This document shows positions 38,368-49,192 of a DNA stretch of 64,000 bases, piece after piece. Both the position numbers and the translations under genes were made by a program. This stretch comes from Candidatus Bathyarchaeia archaeon (GTDB taxonomy: Archaea > Thermoproteota > Bathyarchaeia > Bathyarchaeales > Bathycorpusculaceae). How positions within the stretch are numbered: the first letter of the stretch is position 1; the number at the start of each line of letters is the position of its first letter. The DNA lies in contig JAVYWL010000001.1 in the NCBI GenBank assembly GCA_038727135.1, positions 448,001 through 512,000 of the forward strand, given 5' to 3'. Under the pieces are notes generated by a model, which did not search any database, was not told where the DNA came from, and saw nothing but the letters and a program-made list of their open reading frames with translations.

Positions 38368-39431
38368 CCTTGACGTCTTTGGGCAATGAACTCTTCAAAC
38401 ATTTTCTCGGCAATCTCTAAGGAAAGCAGTTGCGGCGGGTGTTTGAAGGCGTACGCGCATATTGGGAGAATTGCCCCCTTCAAGTTTCTGTTTAAAGCGA
38501 TTTTAACAGCTCTTATAACGTCCAACAGCACTGAACCAGCATTTGGCGCGTCCACAGTTGAGAGGCGCATATCTATTTGCATTGGTGTCCCGCAGAAGTA
38601 CAAGCCCCTAATCCAGAAGTAGCTGTCCCGTCTGTTCTGCAAAAAATCAACATAGTCCGTCGAACCCGCAACCACTTCCGCTTCGTATGGCAGCGCCGCC
38701 TTAACAGTCTCGGTCTTAACAGTCCTTTTCAGTTCGCGCGTTCTGTCCAGCGCGTCAAGCGACTCTGTCCCTCCGCCAACGTCGAGCTGGTAGGTTTCAG
38801 TTATGCGCACGCCATGTCCTGAAAGAAGCTGCAACAGCGTTTTGTGCAACGTTGTGGCGCCTATCTGGTCTATGAGGTCGTCGCCGACCAAGGGCAGTCC
38901 AGCCTCTTCAAAACGCCTCGCCCAAGCTGAATCGCTTGCTATGAAAGCTGGTGTAGCGTTTATAAAGGCACATCCAGCCTCCAAAGATTGGCTGGCATAC
39001 CATTCAGAAGCCTTCACGGCACCGCCTGGAAGCAGATTAAGTACAATTTCCGCCCCGCTTTCCTTTAACACTTCTGCGACATTAGCTTCTTTTGAACCGT
39101 TTACTTTGACAACTTCTTTTGTGTATTCGCCTACACCGTCTAAAACTGGTCCCTTTTGAACTATTACGCCAGACGGAGGGACATCTACAAGTTTTGGGGC
39201 ATTATTCGGTGGTGCAAATATAGCTTCTGAAAGGTCCCTTCCAACTTTTCTGCTGTCGACGTCAAAGGCTGCGACTATTTGAATATCTCTTGGGTGAAAG
39301 CCTCCCAAGAAGAGGTTGCGTAAACCAACACATTCATCATCGCTATTAAAGTTCTTATAGTAGTGTAAGCCTTGCACAAGGGCTGATGCACAGTTTCCAA
39401 CGCCAACAACCGCTACTTTTATTTTTGGCAA
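38364..39431 (-). CDS. ino1: Myo-inositol-1-phosphate synthase
   Basis: GVGNCAS, GDDL..QIGAT, D.PNAG, AFKHPP. Confidence 0.9.
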   Translation of the reverse strand: MPKIKVAVVGVGNCASALVQGLHYYKNFNSDDECVGLRNLFLGGFHPRDIQIVAAFDVDSRKVGRDLSEAIFAPPNNAPKLVDVPPSGVIVQKGPVLDGVGEYTKEVVKVNGSKEANVAEVLKESGAEIVLNLLPGGAVKASEWYASQSLEAGCAFINATPAFIASDSAWARRFEEAGLPLVGDDLIDQIGATTLHKTLLQLLSGHGVRITETYQLDVGGGTESLDALDRTRELKRTVKTETVKAALPYEAEVVAGSTDYVDFLQNRRDSYFWIRGLYFCGTPMQIDMRLSTVDAPNAGSVLLDVIRAVKIALNRNLKGAILPICAYAFKHPPQLLSLEIAEKMFEEFIAQRRQG

Positions 39432-39508
39432 GCCTAAACCACCATTTTGTTCCTTTCATATTACATACGGATTTATAAAGTTCTATGCCAATCCATTAGC
39501 AGTTAAAA

Positions 39509-39757
39509 GTGATAGAAATGAAGACATGGTTGGATGTTTCGGTTCTACGTTGTCCAAACTGCGGCCGCCACTACGTTGAAGCCTCATGGTATGTCGTTGA
39601 AATGGAGGCAGATATTGAATGCGGGGAATGCGGAAAAGAGTTTAACAGTAAGAAGAACGCGTTGGACAGGGTACTCCTAGAATTTGAAATTGGCGAGGAT
39701 GGAAAACTCCGGAAAGTGGACGTTAAAAAACATTTAAGAATAGAAAAGGGCACGTGA
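39509..39757 (+). CDS. Small zinc-ribbon protein
   Basis: CPNCG and CGECG pairs. Confidence 0.75.
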   Translation: MIEMKTWLDVSVLRCPNCGRHYVEASWYVVEMEADIECGECGKEFNSKKNALDRVLLEFEIGEDGKLRKVDVKKHLRIEKGT

Positions 39758-39761
39758 AATG

Positions 39762-40831
39762 CTAAGTTGCTAATTTTGCTATTGGAACATACTCCACAAA
39801 AATTCCGGACCTCTGCAGCACATCGCGCCACAATTCAAGTCCCTTACTGGTAACCCACTTCTCCGGCGCCGGCAAACCCAAAACGGTCAGTCTATCCCCT
39901 TCCACAATCTTTTCAGCAGTTATACACTTACCTGTTTTTGGATGGACAGGCGTTATTATGTCAGGCGCCACAGCAGCGAGTCGTCCATCCTTATAGGCGA
40001 CCAGTACCTCGTTTTTGGCTTTAAACTCAAATCTGCTTCCGGCAAATTTGCCAGCACCTTTAAACTTCACATTAACGAAGGTGAAGCCCCCTTCCGTTCT
40101 CCTCTCGACCATGCTTACAACTCCCTCGAAAAGCCTGTAGCCTCCAGTTTCTTTCAACAGATCGTCAATTGAGCTTTTAGCCTCTCTTATAATTCTTCCA
40201 ACTTTTATAGCCTTGGACAAGCTTCGCTGCACCGGAGAAGTTTTCACTTGGACCCCGCTTAATATCCTCCTCGCAGTATAGGCTGAGTGCCCCCACTCGG
40301 CGGCTAATACACGGGCAATTCTTTCAGCAGCCCTCGCGTCAACAGTCTCCTTAACTATAACCACGTTTTTAGCGTGCACATCAGCAACAACCATCGGCGC
40401 GAGCGGAATATCATCAATTGTGTAAACTTTTAAGTGGACCTCTGGAACGGATCTGCCAGCTCCATCCGCGTCCACAACTGGAATGCCGCGTCGAGCAGCA
40501 ACATCAACAGCTGCCAATGTGTTAAATCCGCCTAATTCTACGGGGATTGTGGCGAAAGCACAGAAGCCAGCATATTCCTCTAACGCTTTTAAGGTTTTAC
40601 TGCAGCATCCGAGTCATAATCAACAGAGGTCGTCGCGCCCACACATGCAAAATTCACAACTTTGGCATTATCAGGAACCTCTAAGGGATCAACCATCTCG
40701 ACGGGGATTTTATCTGCGGCGAGGGTCTTTACTATTCTGTATCCAACTTCCGGGTCTCCACCGCCTCCAGCTGAAAATATCGCTGCCCCATCCACCAAAT
40801 CCATTAAATCTTGATAGCTCAAAGTCTTCAA
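39762..40831 (-). pseudogene. DUF917 family protein split by a frameshift near 40595-40598 (pseudogene or read error)
   Basis: N-part GAAIFSAGGGGDP; adding one base to the T4 run joins ..AAVK to TLKALEEY..ELGGFN..VDADGAGRSVPE. Confidence 0.8.
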
Positions 40832-40925
40832 GTTCGAGTCTCCACCATTTTGCTTGAAAATTTATTATTGAGGAAGCCTTTAAAGGCTTTAACCAGCCGG
40901 CTTAAAAAACGGGTGGCAAAGAAAG

Positions 40926-42683
40926 GTGAACAACCAAACACAGGACAAGTTCACAATAATTAACGAGTTAGCCCGCCGCAGAGGCTTTTTCTGGCAATCC
41001 TACGAGATATACGGGGGCGTAAGCGGTTTTGTAACCTACGGCTTTTTAGGCGCAAAATTAAAACAAAATATTGAAAACAAGCTTAGGGAAATCTTCGTTA
41101 ACAGACTTGGAATAATGGAGATAGAAGCCCCCATAATCGCGCCGGGCAAGGTTTTTGAGGCTTCGGGTCATGTTGACCACTTTAAAGAGCCTATGGTTGA
41201 ATGCCTAAAATGTAAAAGGCGATTCCGGGCAGATCATCTGCTTGAAGAAATGGTGAAGCTAAGTGCATCAGACGTTGAAAAATTAAGCTTAGAAGAGCTA
41301 AGAGAGGCTATCGAAAAACATGACGTGCGCTGTCCGGAATGCGGAGGCACTTTTAGCGAACCAAAACATTTCCTAACAATGTTCAAAACAACCATAGGTC
41401 CGTACTCTGAAGCTGTTGGTTATGGTCGCCCGGAGGCTGCTCAAGGCATATTCGTGGAGTTCAGACGTCTATATGAAATGGCGCGGGAAAAATTACCTTT
41501 CGGCGTAATGCAGATAGGCCACGCATTGCGGAATGAGATTTCGCCGAGGCAGGGTTTGATAAGGCTTAGGGAATTCACGATAGTGGATATAGAGTTTTTC
41601 TTTGACCCTGAAGATCCCAATTGTTTTCTGTTGGAGGAAGTGGGAGACGAGACCTTACGGCTTGTTCTAGCTGAAAGCAAGCTTCGCGGCTCTGAGGAAA
41701 TCGTGGAAGTTACGGTTAAAGAGGCGCTTAAAAAAGGTTATATTAAAGTTCCATGGCAAGCCGCGTTCATGGCATTAGCTAAAAGATTATTGATGGAGCT
41801 AGGTGTCCCAGCTGAAAGTCAAAGGTTTATTGAGAAACTTCCATGGGAGCGGGCGCACTACTCAGTACAAAGCTTCGACCAAGAAGTCTATGTTGACCGC
41901 TGGGGATGGATTGAGGTTTCTGGACACGCTTACAGAACGGATTACGATTTAAAGCAGCACATGCAGTTCAGCGGAACAGACACAAGGGTATTCAAAGAAT
42001 ATGAAAAGCCTGTGGTGGTGGAGAAAAAGGTTGTTAAGCCTTTAATGATGAAGCTTGGACCAGCCTTTAAAGTAGAGGCACAAAAAATTGCTGAAATGCT
42101 TTCTGAGGCTAATCCGGAAGAGGTTGAAGCCTCATTTAAGGCGAAAGGTTATTTCATGCTTAGAGAGCATAAAATTTTGCCCGAACACGTGGAAATCACA
42201 ACGTTTAAGGTGGAAGAGAGGGGTAGACGCTTTATACCACATGTTGTGGAGCCTAGTTTCGGCTCTGATAGGCTTGTTTACGTAACCCTCGAGTACGCAT
42301 ACCGTGTGAAAGATGATAGGGTGATACTAAGTTTTCCAAGGGATATAGCCCCAATACAAGTTGGAGTTTACCCGTTGGTGAGCAAAGATGGATTGCCAGA
42401 AAAAGCAATGCAAGTTTACAAGATGCTAGTCAATGAAGGTTTTACAGCAGAATATGATGAGGCTGGTTCCATTGGGAGACGCTACGCTAGAGCAGATGAG
42501 GTGGGCATACCACTGGGAATAACAATTGACTATGTCACCCTTAAAGACGACACTGTCACTATTCGAGACCGCGACACTTGGAGACAGGTCAGGAACAGCA
42601 TAGACGCTTTACCAGAGCTCCTGCACAAATACTTCCGTAAAAAAATCGAGTTTGAAGATTTGGGCACGCTTGTTAAGGAATAG
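40926..42683 (+). CDS. glyS: Glycine--tRNA ligase
   Basis: RRGFF, RPEAAQG, RNEISPRQG, EPSFG, IGRRYAR.DE. Confidence 0.96.
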   Translation: MNNQTQDKFTIINELARRRGFFWQSYEIYGGVSGFVTYGFLGAKLKQNIENKLREIFVNRLGIMEIEAPIIAPGKVFEASGHVDHFKEPMVECLKCKRRFRADHLLEEMVKLSASDVEKLSLEELREAIEKHDVRCPECGGTFSEPKHFLTMFKTTIGPYSEAVGYGRPEAAQGIFVEFRRLYEMAREKLPFGVMQIGHALRNEISPRQGLIRLREFTIVDIEFFFDPEDPNCFLLEEVGDETLRLVLAESKLRGSEEIVEVTVKEALKKGYIKVPWQAAFMALAKRLLMELGVPAESQRFIEKLPWERAHYSVQSFDQEVYVDRWGWIEVSGHAYRTDYDLKQHMQFSGTDTRVFKEYEKPVVVEKKVVKPLMMKLGPAFKVEAQKIAEMLSEANPEEVEASFKAKGYFMLREHKILPEHVEITTFKVEERGRRFIPHVVEPSFGSDRLVYVTLEYAYRVKDDRVILSFPRDIAPIQVGVYPLVSKDGLPEKAMQVYKMLVNEGFTAEYDEAGSIGRRYARADEVGIPLGITIDYVTLKDDTVTIRDRDTWRQVRNSIDALPELLHKYFRKKIEFEDLGTLVKE

Positions 42684-42759
42684 TTTTCGTTACCTTTTTT
42701 AATACTTCTGCAATATTAATGCTAGAAAAGCATAACGTGGTTTTGCGGCGGGAAGAAAC

Positions 42760-43419
42760 TTGGTGCTTCCAGCAGAAACAGAGGAACGCGTTAAACGTAG
42801 AGCTTTAAGCGTATGTCAAGAACACCTAAGGAAGGTACTAGACTTAACGCGAAAGGTTCCCCAAATGATTGAATGCTTTATAAAAAACGACAAGGCGCGG
42901 GCAAAGCAAATCTATAACGAAATCAGAATGGGCGAAGAAGACGTTGATAATGCTAGACGCCTAGTTTCCCGCGAGCTTGCAGAGATAGGCGCCATACTCC
43001 TAAGCCGCGAAGACTTCCTAAGATTCACAAATTTGGCTGGGGAAATTGCCGACTTCTCTGAGGGAATAGCCTTCCGCATCCTCGAAATAATGGAGCACAG
43101 CTGGAACGTGCCTACGGAGATAAAAAAGGACCTTTTAAAACTTTCAGAAGCCTCGCTGGAAACTGTGCTTAAACTGAGAGAAACAATGATGGTCTTGGCT
43201 TATGGTTCAGAGAAAGCTATGGAAAAAGCCAGCGAGGTTGAATCGGCGGAACGCGTTGTTGACGAGCTTTATCGGACCCTTGAAATAAAACTTCTAAACA
43301 GCAAGCTGGAAATCCCGGCGCTCATACTTTTGAGGGACATCCTACAACTTTTGGAGGATTCCGCCGACAAAGCTGAAGATGCTGCAGACGCCGCAAGAGT
43401 CTTATCCTTCATAATGTAA
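42760..43419 (+). CDS. DUF47 family (PhoU-like) protein
   Basis: Helical repeats; REDFL, LED.ADKAEDAAD. Confidence 0.85.
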   Translation: MVLPAETEERVKRRALSVCQEHLRKVLDLTRKVPQMIECFIKNDKARAKQIYNEIRMGEEDVDNARRLVSRELAEIGAILLSREDFLRFTNLAGEIADFSEGIAFRILEIMEHSWNVPTEIKKDLLKLSEASLETVLKLRETMMVLAYGSEKAMEKASEVESAERVVDELYRTLEIKLLNSKLEIPALILLRDILQLLEDSADKAEDAADAARVLSFIM

Positions 43420-43441
43420 TGCAAAGCAAAGGGACAAAACA

Positions 43442-43999
43442 GTGCCGAGAAAAATACCAGTAGAATTCATCGAAAACTTTCTGGTGGTTTGGAACCCAAG
43501 CGATGGGTCTGAACTTTACAAGATGGGTTTTTATGGCAAGCCACTTGGGATACCAAAGCCGAAAATTCCAGAGTTTAATGTTCCATTGATTTTGGATTTG
43601 ATGGAGGGTTTATACCTCGCCGAGAAGGGAATAATCACCGTTTATGAGGGCGCGGAAAAAACCCGCGTAAGTCTCAAAAAACTTCGACAGAAAGCCAGAA
43701 CATTATATGAGGAGTTTGACGAGAAATATGCTGTTTACCGTGACCTGCGGGACAGCGGAATGGTTGTCACGCCGGGAATAAAGTTTGGATGCGACTTTGC
43801 AGTCTACAAGCATGGACCGGGATTGGAACACGCCCCCTACATGGTCTCAGTTAAGAAGGCCTCATCCGAATTAACAGCCACAGAAATAGTTAAAGCTGGA
43901 AGATTGGCGACGACTGTGCGGAAAAGATTCATAATAGCGGTGCCAGATTTGGAGAAGGGGAAAATAAGGTACCTGATATTTAAGTGGTTTAAAGCATAG
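43442..43999 (+). CDS. endA: tRNA-intron endonuclease, catalytic subunit
   Basis: VYRDLR..G, GIKFG.DF.VY, GPGLEHA, GRLATTVRK (Y/H/K triad). Confidence 0.94.
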   Translation: MPRKIPVEFIENFLVVWNPSDGSELYKMGFYGKPLGIPKPKIPEFNVPLILDLMEGLYLAEKGIITVYEGAEKTRVSLKKLRQKARTLYEEFDEKYAVYRDLRDSGMVVTPGIKFGCDFAVYKHGPGLEHAPYMVSVKKASSELTATEIVKAGRLATTVRKRFIIAVPDLEKGKIRYLIFKWFKA

Positions 44000-44485
44000 C
44001 TACATCTTTCTTTCAGCACTTTTCATGATTATTTGAAGAAGCTCTTCTTCTAAAGTTAACCCCAACTTCGGATTCTCAACCATCCTTCCCAGCTCCACAC
44101 CTTCCTTGTTAAAAATCAGAATTAAGGGGATTTTGTCCACGTTAAATATTTCAACCTCTGGTGGCGACGGCGGGATGCTCCATTTCCGTTTCAGATTTAG
44201 CGGGTCCCTCTTTAGCCCTCCGAAAATCCTGACATCTAATCCTGTTGCTTCCGATAACAACGCTAAAACTGGGATGTTGGCAGCGCAGTCTTTGCACCAC
44301 TCAGCGGAGAAGGCAACCACCACAACGTTGTTTGCGAGCTTCTTTAGTTCGCTAACCGCTTCTGGGTTTAGCTTGTACGCCTTCTTCCGTTCAAGAAATT
44401 TTTCGCGGAAGGGTTCGCTGATATTTGCGATGTATTGATTTACGGACACTGTTCTCTGCTTGATCTGCTCTAAGTCGATTTTCAT
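44000..44485 (-). CDS. Thioredoxin-family protein
   Basis: WCKDC..NIP, IP, GRMVENP. Confidence 0.87.
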   Translation of the reverse strand: MKIDLEQIKQRTVSVNQYIANISEPFREKFLERKKAYKLNPEAVSELKKLANNVVVVAFSAEWCKDCAANIPVLALLSEATGLDVRIFGGLKRDPLNLKRKWSIPPSPPEVEIFNVDKIPLILIFNKEGVELGRMVENPKLGLTLEEELLQIIMKSAERKM

Positions 44486-44487
44486 TT

Positions 44488-45768
44488 TTAACCCGGCATT
44501 ATTGTCTGATTCACAAATTCGCCTCTAACATATTGGTGGGGATAAATTTTTGTCGCCTTGAGAAGGCAGCCTTCGGCTATTGTGACGTCGTCTGCTATAA
44601 CTGAAATTTCGCTTATTTTTGTTGGTTTTCTTGCACTGGAGCGGATTGTTACATGTCTCCCTATTATGCTGTCTTTTATTTCGGCTTTCGCCTCTATTAT
44701 GGCTCTGTCCATTACGGCGGAGTTTTCTATGGTCACTCCATCCTCTATTTTTGTGTAGCTGTCGATGCATGAGTTCGCGATGTGCACTCCGTCGCCTATT
44801 TTACAGTGTCGCCCAATCAAAACTGAGCCTTCAACCTCAATTTTTCCCTCTTTAATCTTCCTTATAATTTCCTTTCGACGCTTAATGGACTCTGGACTTT
44901 CACCTTGAACCCAAACCCTTGTTTCTTCACCTATTCTCCCACCAAAGTCCGTAAGTGAGGAGAAGCGTCCCTCAAGCATGTCTCTCATGGCTTCCAAATA
45001 GCGTTTTGGAGTGCCAACATCATACCAGCTTCCCTTTAGAACATAGCCATAAACTGGTCTGCCAGTCTCTATCACATATGGAATAAAGTCGTAGCCAAAG
45101 TCCAGACGGTTTCGCTCTTTCATCAGTTTTTTAACACCCTTTTCTTTGAAAATTTTCCTTATTTCTGGAGAGACCATGTATAAGCCAGTGTTAGCCAGAT
45201 TTGACGGCGCCTCCTTTGGTGTTGGCTTTTCCACAAATTTACGGATTCTCATGTCTTTGTCTATGTCAGCTATTCCATAACCCTCGACATCTTCAACTTC
45301 TCTGAGGGCTATTGTTATAATCGCTTCTTTCTTGCGGTGAAATTCAATGAGTTCTTTCAAATCGACGTCAAATATGTTGTCTCCTTGAACCGCAAACACG
45401 GGGTCCCTCACGTTGTAGTATTCTATGTTTATTCTCGCCGAGTCGGCGCTTCCCAAGTCGTCTATGTTTGGCTGGTATTTAATGTGCACACGGGGCGTTA
45501 TACCATAACGGGCTGAAAAACCGTAACCAGACTCGAAATAGTCATGCAAATCCCTATAATTTGTGTATCCTTTAACACCAAAGATGAAGTTTCTAATGCC
45601 TTGACGAGCGAGGGACAATAGCGAGAATTCTATGAGGGGTCTGTTTAGTAGGCGGATGCAAGCCTTGCTGGTTTCTGCTGTTAACGGCAGCAGCCTTGTG
45701 GCTTTACCCCCTACTGGAATTATGACTCGTAACCTCTCCGGTTCATAGTTGTGGCGCAAAAACTCCAC
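44488..45768 (-). CDS. Sugar-phosphate nucleotidyltransferase with hexapeptide-repeat C-terminus
   Basis: GGKATRLLPLT, FVEKP, WYDVGT, LbH repeats. Confidence 0.9.
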   Translation of the reverse strand: MEFLRHNYEPERLRVIIPVGGKATRLLPLTAETSKACIRLLNRPLIEFSLLSLARQGIRNFIFGVKGYTNYRDLHDYFESGYGFSARYGITPRVHIKYQPNIDDLGSADSARINIEYYNVRDPVFAVQGDNIFDVDLKELIEFHRKKEAIITIALREVEDVEGYGIADIDKDMRIRKFVEKPTPKEAPSNLANTGLYMVSPEIRKIFKEKGVKKLMKERNRLDFGYDFIPYVIETGRPVYGYVLKGSWYDVGTPKRYLEAMRDMLEGRFSSLTDFGGRIGEETRVWVQGESPESIKRRKEIIRKIKEGKIEVEGSVLIGRHCKIGDGVHIANSCIDSYTKIEDGVTIENSAVMDRAIIEAKAEIKDSIIGRHVTIRSSARKPTKISEISVIADDVTIAEGCLLKATKIYPHQYVRGEFVNQTIMPG

Positions 45769-45872
45769 CAGCTTTTACAATGCATATTATGATTAAGCGT
45801 ATTAAACTTTCTAAAGGGAAACGCGAATTTTATAACTAAAGCCAAATTATTTTAATGCGAAAGGTTTAGGTT

Positions 45873-46742
45873 ATGAACGAAATCTTTGGTTTCGTTCGTT
45901 TGATGCGCCCCGTAAACTGTTTGATGATGGGTTTTGCCGTTATAGTTGGTGCAGCCATTGCAGATCCGAAGGCCTTAACAACTCATCTATGGAGCCTCAT
46001 CTGCGGGTTTTTCACAGGTTTTTTGCTAACGGCGGCAGCTATGACCATAAACGACTATTATGATAGGGAGATAGACGCCATAAACGAGCCTTCTAGACCT
46101 ATCCCGAGCGGCGTAATTAAGCCAACAGAGGCACTTGTCTTCGCCCTTTTGCTCACAGCATCGGGCTTGGCGACAGCTGCCATCACATGCGTTGCCACAA
46201 AGTCCATTCATTGTTTTTTAATAGCTTTAATTTTTTGGCTAATTTCAGTAGCATATGCCACCGTTGGGAAGCGAACTGGGCTTCCGGGAAACTTCTTGGT
46301 TAGCGCGTGTGTTTCAGCTCCTTTTGTCTATGGAAGCTTAGCTGTAACTAACAAAGTTGTATTGAACATGTGGATTTTCGTTTCCATTGTTTTTCTGTCG
46401 AACACGGGAAGAGAAATAACGAAAGGTATTGTTGACATTGAAGGAGATAAAGCACGAAACGTGCGCACTTTAGCTGTCCTCTTTGGACCGCGCAAAGCCG
46501 CAGTTGCAGCATCCATCTTTTACTTATTAGCCGTTGCTTTGACTCCACTGCCGCCAGCCTTAAATCTCGTTTCAGCGTGGTTTATCCCCATAGTAGCCAT
46601 AACAGACATAGGATTGGCGGCATCTTCAATTTCAATTTTAAGGGACTATACAAGGGAGAACGCCAAAAAAGTGAAAAACCATGTTTTGTTATGGTTTTTT
46701 GCAGGACTTATTGCCTTCGTGGCAGGAAGTTTGTTGCGTTAA
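45873..46742 (+). CDS. Digeranylgeranylglyceryl phosphate synthase (UbiA family)
   Basis: NDYYDREIDAIN.P.RPIPSG, REITK.IVDIEGD. Confidence 0.9.
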   Translation: MNEIFGFVRLMRPVNCLMMGFAVIVGAAIADPKALTTHLWSLICGFFTGFLLTAAAMTINDYYDREIDAINEPSRPIPSGVIKPTEALVFALLLTASGLATAAITCVATKSIHCFLIALIFWLISVAYATVGKRTGLPGNFLVSACVSAPFVYGSLAVTNKVVLNMWIFVSIVFLSNTGREITKGIVDIEGDKARNVRTLAVLFGPRKAAVAASIFYLLAVALTPLPPALNLVSAWFIPIVAITDIGLAASSISILRDYTRENAKKVKNHVLLWFFAGLIAFVAGSLLR

Positions 46743-46824
46743 AATTGTTCACGCTCAATGTTCTAGAAGTTGGAATTATAAGCACTCCTAGCTATTACTT
46801 TCATTTAGACCCCAAAAATGTGAA

Positions 46825-47280
46825 GTGCTGCAATTGCATAGTGAAGAAGAAAGCAAACTTGAGTATGCCCTCCGCGGGAAGGCTTGGAAGGTTTACTGGC
46901 TTCTCTTGAAAAACGGGCGCCCAATGAGCGTGCGCGAGGTTCAAAAGGCTTTACGTTTCAGCAGTCCAAGCGTGGCACAACATCATCTTGAACAATTAAG
47001 AGAAATGGGCTTAGTTCAAAAACAGGAGGTGGGCGGCCACTACTACCTTGTAGGCGAAGTTAAAATTGGTGTACTTCGTCACTTTGTTAAGTTGGGCAAA
47101 CTTCTCTTTCCAAGATACTTGTTTTACGCTGTTTTCTCCACAACCTTCTATGCAACCTACCTCATACTTTCCATGCCCAATTTCACACGGGAAAGCCTAT
47201 TCCTCATAATTTTTGGAGCCATTGTATCAGCAATATTTTGGTATGAAACTATACGAGTATGGTTGTTAAAACCGTTCTAA
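46825..47280 (+). CDS. Membrane-anchored winged-HTH transcriptional regulator
   Basis: SVREVQKALRFSSPSVAQHHLEQL + two C-terminal TM helices. Confidence 0.8.
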   Translation: MLQLHSEEESKLEYALRGKAWKVYWLLLKNGRPMSVREVQKALRFSSPSVAQHHLEQLREMGLVQKQEVGGHYYLVGEVKIGVLRHFVKLGKLLFPRYLFYAVFSTTFYATYLILSMPNFTRESLFLIIFGAIVSAIFWYETIRVWLLKPF

Positions 47281-47350
47281 CCGTTAGACGGATTGTACCA
47301 AAAATTAGGATAAAATAAAAGAAAGCGACATTTTTAAACGGTGAAACAAT

Positions 47351-49192
47351 TTGTCAAGAGAAGTTAAAAGGCGGGCGGCAACTTACAGTCTAGCAGCAGT
47401 CTTAATCGCCCTAATATTAGGGGCATTATGCCATAACCTTGGAACACAACCATTAGGAAACCAAAACCAGAATCAGCCTACTCCACAACCATCACCGCAA
47501 CCGTCACCAGAGCCAACGCCCCAACCCTCACGACAATCCCTGAAAACCTTCTCATCGTATCAAGAACTTCTAAACTTCATAACGAAGAATGTAAATGTGG
47601 GAGTTTACCCATTCTATGGACCGGTAGACCTTAGAGTATTGGAAACAATAAGCCCAACACCTGTTTATAAAGATGTGGAATATTCAACTACAAATGTGCA
47701 AGTAGCGGGTGTTGATGAAGCAGACATTGTAAAAACTGATGGCGAATACCTCTACGTGATAGCCAACAACAACGTCTACATTTTGAAGGCTTATCCGCCG
47801 GAAAGCGCCACCTTAATTTCAAAAATAGCATTAGAAAACAATACCTACCCAGCTGGATTATTTGTAAGCTCTGATGGTAATAAGCTGGCAGTTCTTGGAA
47901 GCAAATACAGTTTTCCGCCATGGTCATACTATTACGGGCATTGTTATATTATTGATGGCAAAACGTTCATTTACGTCTATGACGTCTCAAACAAAACAAA
48001 CCCCGTTCTCGTAAGAGATTTCATGATGACTGGCAGCTATTTCAACTCAAGAATGATTGGCGAGTACATATATGCCGTCATCGGTCAACCAGTCTACGTA
48101 ATCTATGATAAGGTTATTCTCCCACAAGTCTACCTAAAGGATGGGATTAGAGAGATTGAAGCCACAAAAATATACTATTCAAACGTGTCTGAGGAACACT
48201 ACGCTTTCACGACAATCGTCGCCTTAAATATAATGAACGAAACTGAAGAACCGAACACCCTAACTATAATGATTGGAGGAACAAGCAACCTATACGTCTC
48301 ATTAAACAACATCTACATAACATTCCACAGCTTTAATTGGCGAACAAACATTACCGCACCTTGGCAAACAACCATTTACAGAATAAGGATAGAAAACAAA
48401 ACAATGAGTTGGGAAGCAACGGGCACAGTGCCAGGACATGAAATTAACCAGTTCGCCATGGACGAGTACAATAACCATTTTAGAATAGCAACCATGAAGT
48501 GGGTTGACGGGATAATTCAAAATGACCTATACATACTAGACATGAATCTAACAATAGTCGGAAACTTAACAAATATAGTACCCAACGAAACTTTAGACTC
48601 GGCAAGATTCATCGGAAACCGCTGTTACCTAACGACATCGGTTCGAAGGATAGACCCCTTCTTTGTGATAGATGTTGAAAACCCATACAAGCCAAAGATT
48701 TTAGGCAGTTTAAATATTCCTGGTTTCACAAGGTACCTACATCCATATGATGAAACGCATCTGATTGGCGTCGGCAGGGACGAAAGAAACAGTGTGCAAA
48801 TATTGCTGTTTGATGTGAGCAATGTTAGCAATCCAATAACGGTTGGTAACTTTACGGTTGTGGGGGAATATTCGGACACACCAGTTTTGTGGGAGCATAA
48901 GGCGTTTCTCTTTGATAAGGCTAAGGAATTGCTGGTTATCCCGTTGCTTATCTGCGACTATTCGAAAACCTGTTGGCAAGGCGTCTACGTATTTAACACA
49001 ACCGACTGTGCACTTACACTTAAAGGAAATGTCACACATTTAGAAGGCGACACCAGTTGGCGGTGGGACTACGCCTACCAGATTAAAAGATCCTTATACA
49101 TCGAGGACATGCTTTACACAGTGTCTGAAATGAAGCTAAAAATAAATTGGTTAGTGGACCTTTCGCCAAAAGCAGAAATTGTCTTCCCCTAA
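47351..49192 (+). CDS. Secreted/anchored beta-propeller protein (COG4880-like)
   Basis: N-terminal TM, P/Q/S/T linker, YSTTNVQVAGVDEADIVKTDG, IPGF..YLHP. Confidence 0.9.
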   Translation: MSREVKRRAATYSLAAVLIALILGALCHNLGTQPLGNQNQNQPTPQPSPQPSPEPTPQPSRQSLKTFSSYQELLNFITKNVNVGVYPFYGPVDLRVLETISPTPVYKDVEYSTTNVQVAGVDEADIVKTDGEYLYVIANNNVYILKAYPPESATLISKIALENNTYPAGLFVSSDGNKLAVLGSKYSFPPWSYYYGHCYIIDGKTFIYVYDVSNKTNPVLVRDFMMTGSYFNSRMIGEYIYAVIGQPVYVIYDKVILPQVYLKDGIREIEATKIYYSNVSEEHYAFTTIVALNIMNETEEPNTLTIMIGGTSNLYVSLNNIYITFHSFNWRTNITAPWQTTIYRIRIENKTMSWEATGTVPGHEINQFAMDEYNNHFRIATMKWVDGIIQNDLYILDMNLTIVGNLTNIVPNETLDSARFIGNRCYLTTSVRRIDPFFVIDVENPYKPKILGSLNIPGFTRYLHPYDETHLIGVGRDERNSVQILLFDVSNVSNPITVGNFTVVGEYSDTPVLWEHKAFLFDKAKELLVIPLLICDYSKTCWQGVYVFNTTDCALTLKGNVTHLEGDTSWRWDYAYQIKRSLYIEDMLYTVSEMKLKINWLVDLSPKAEIVFP

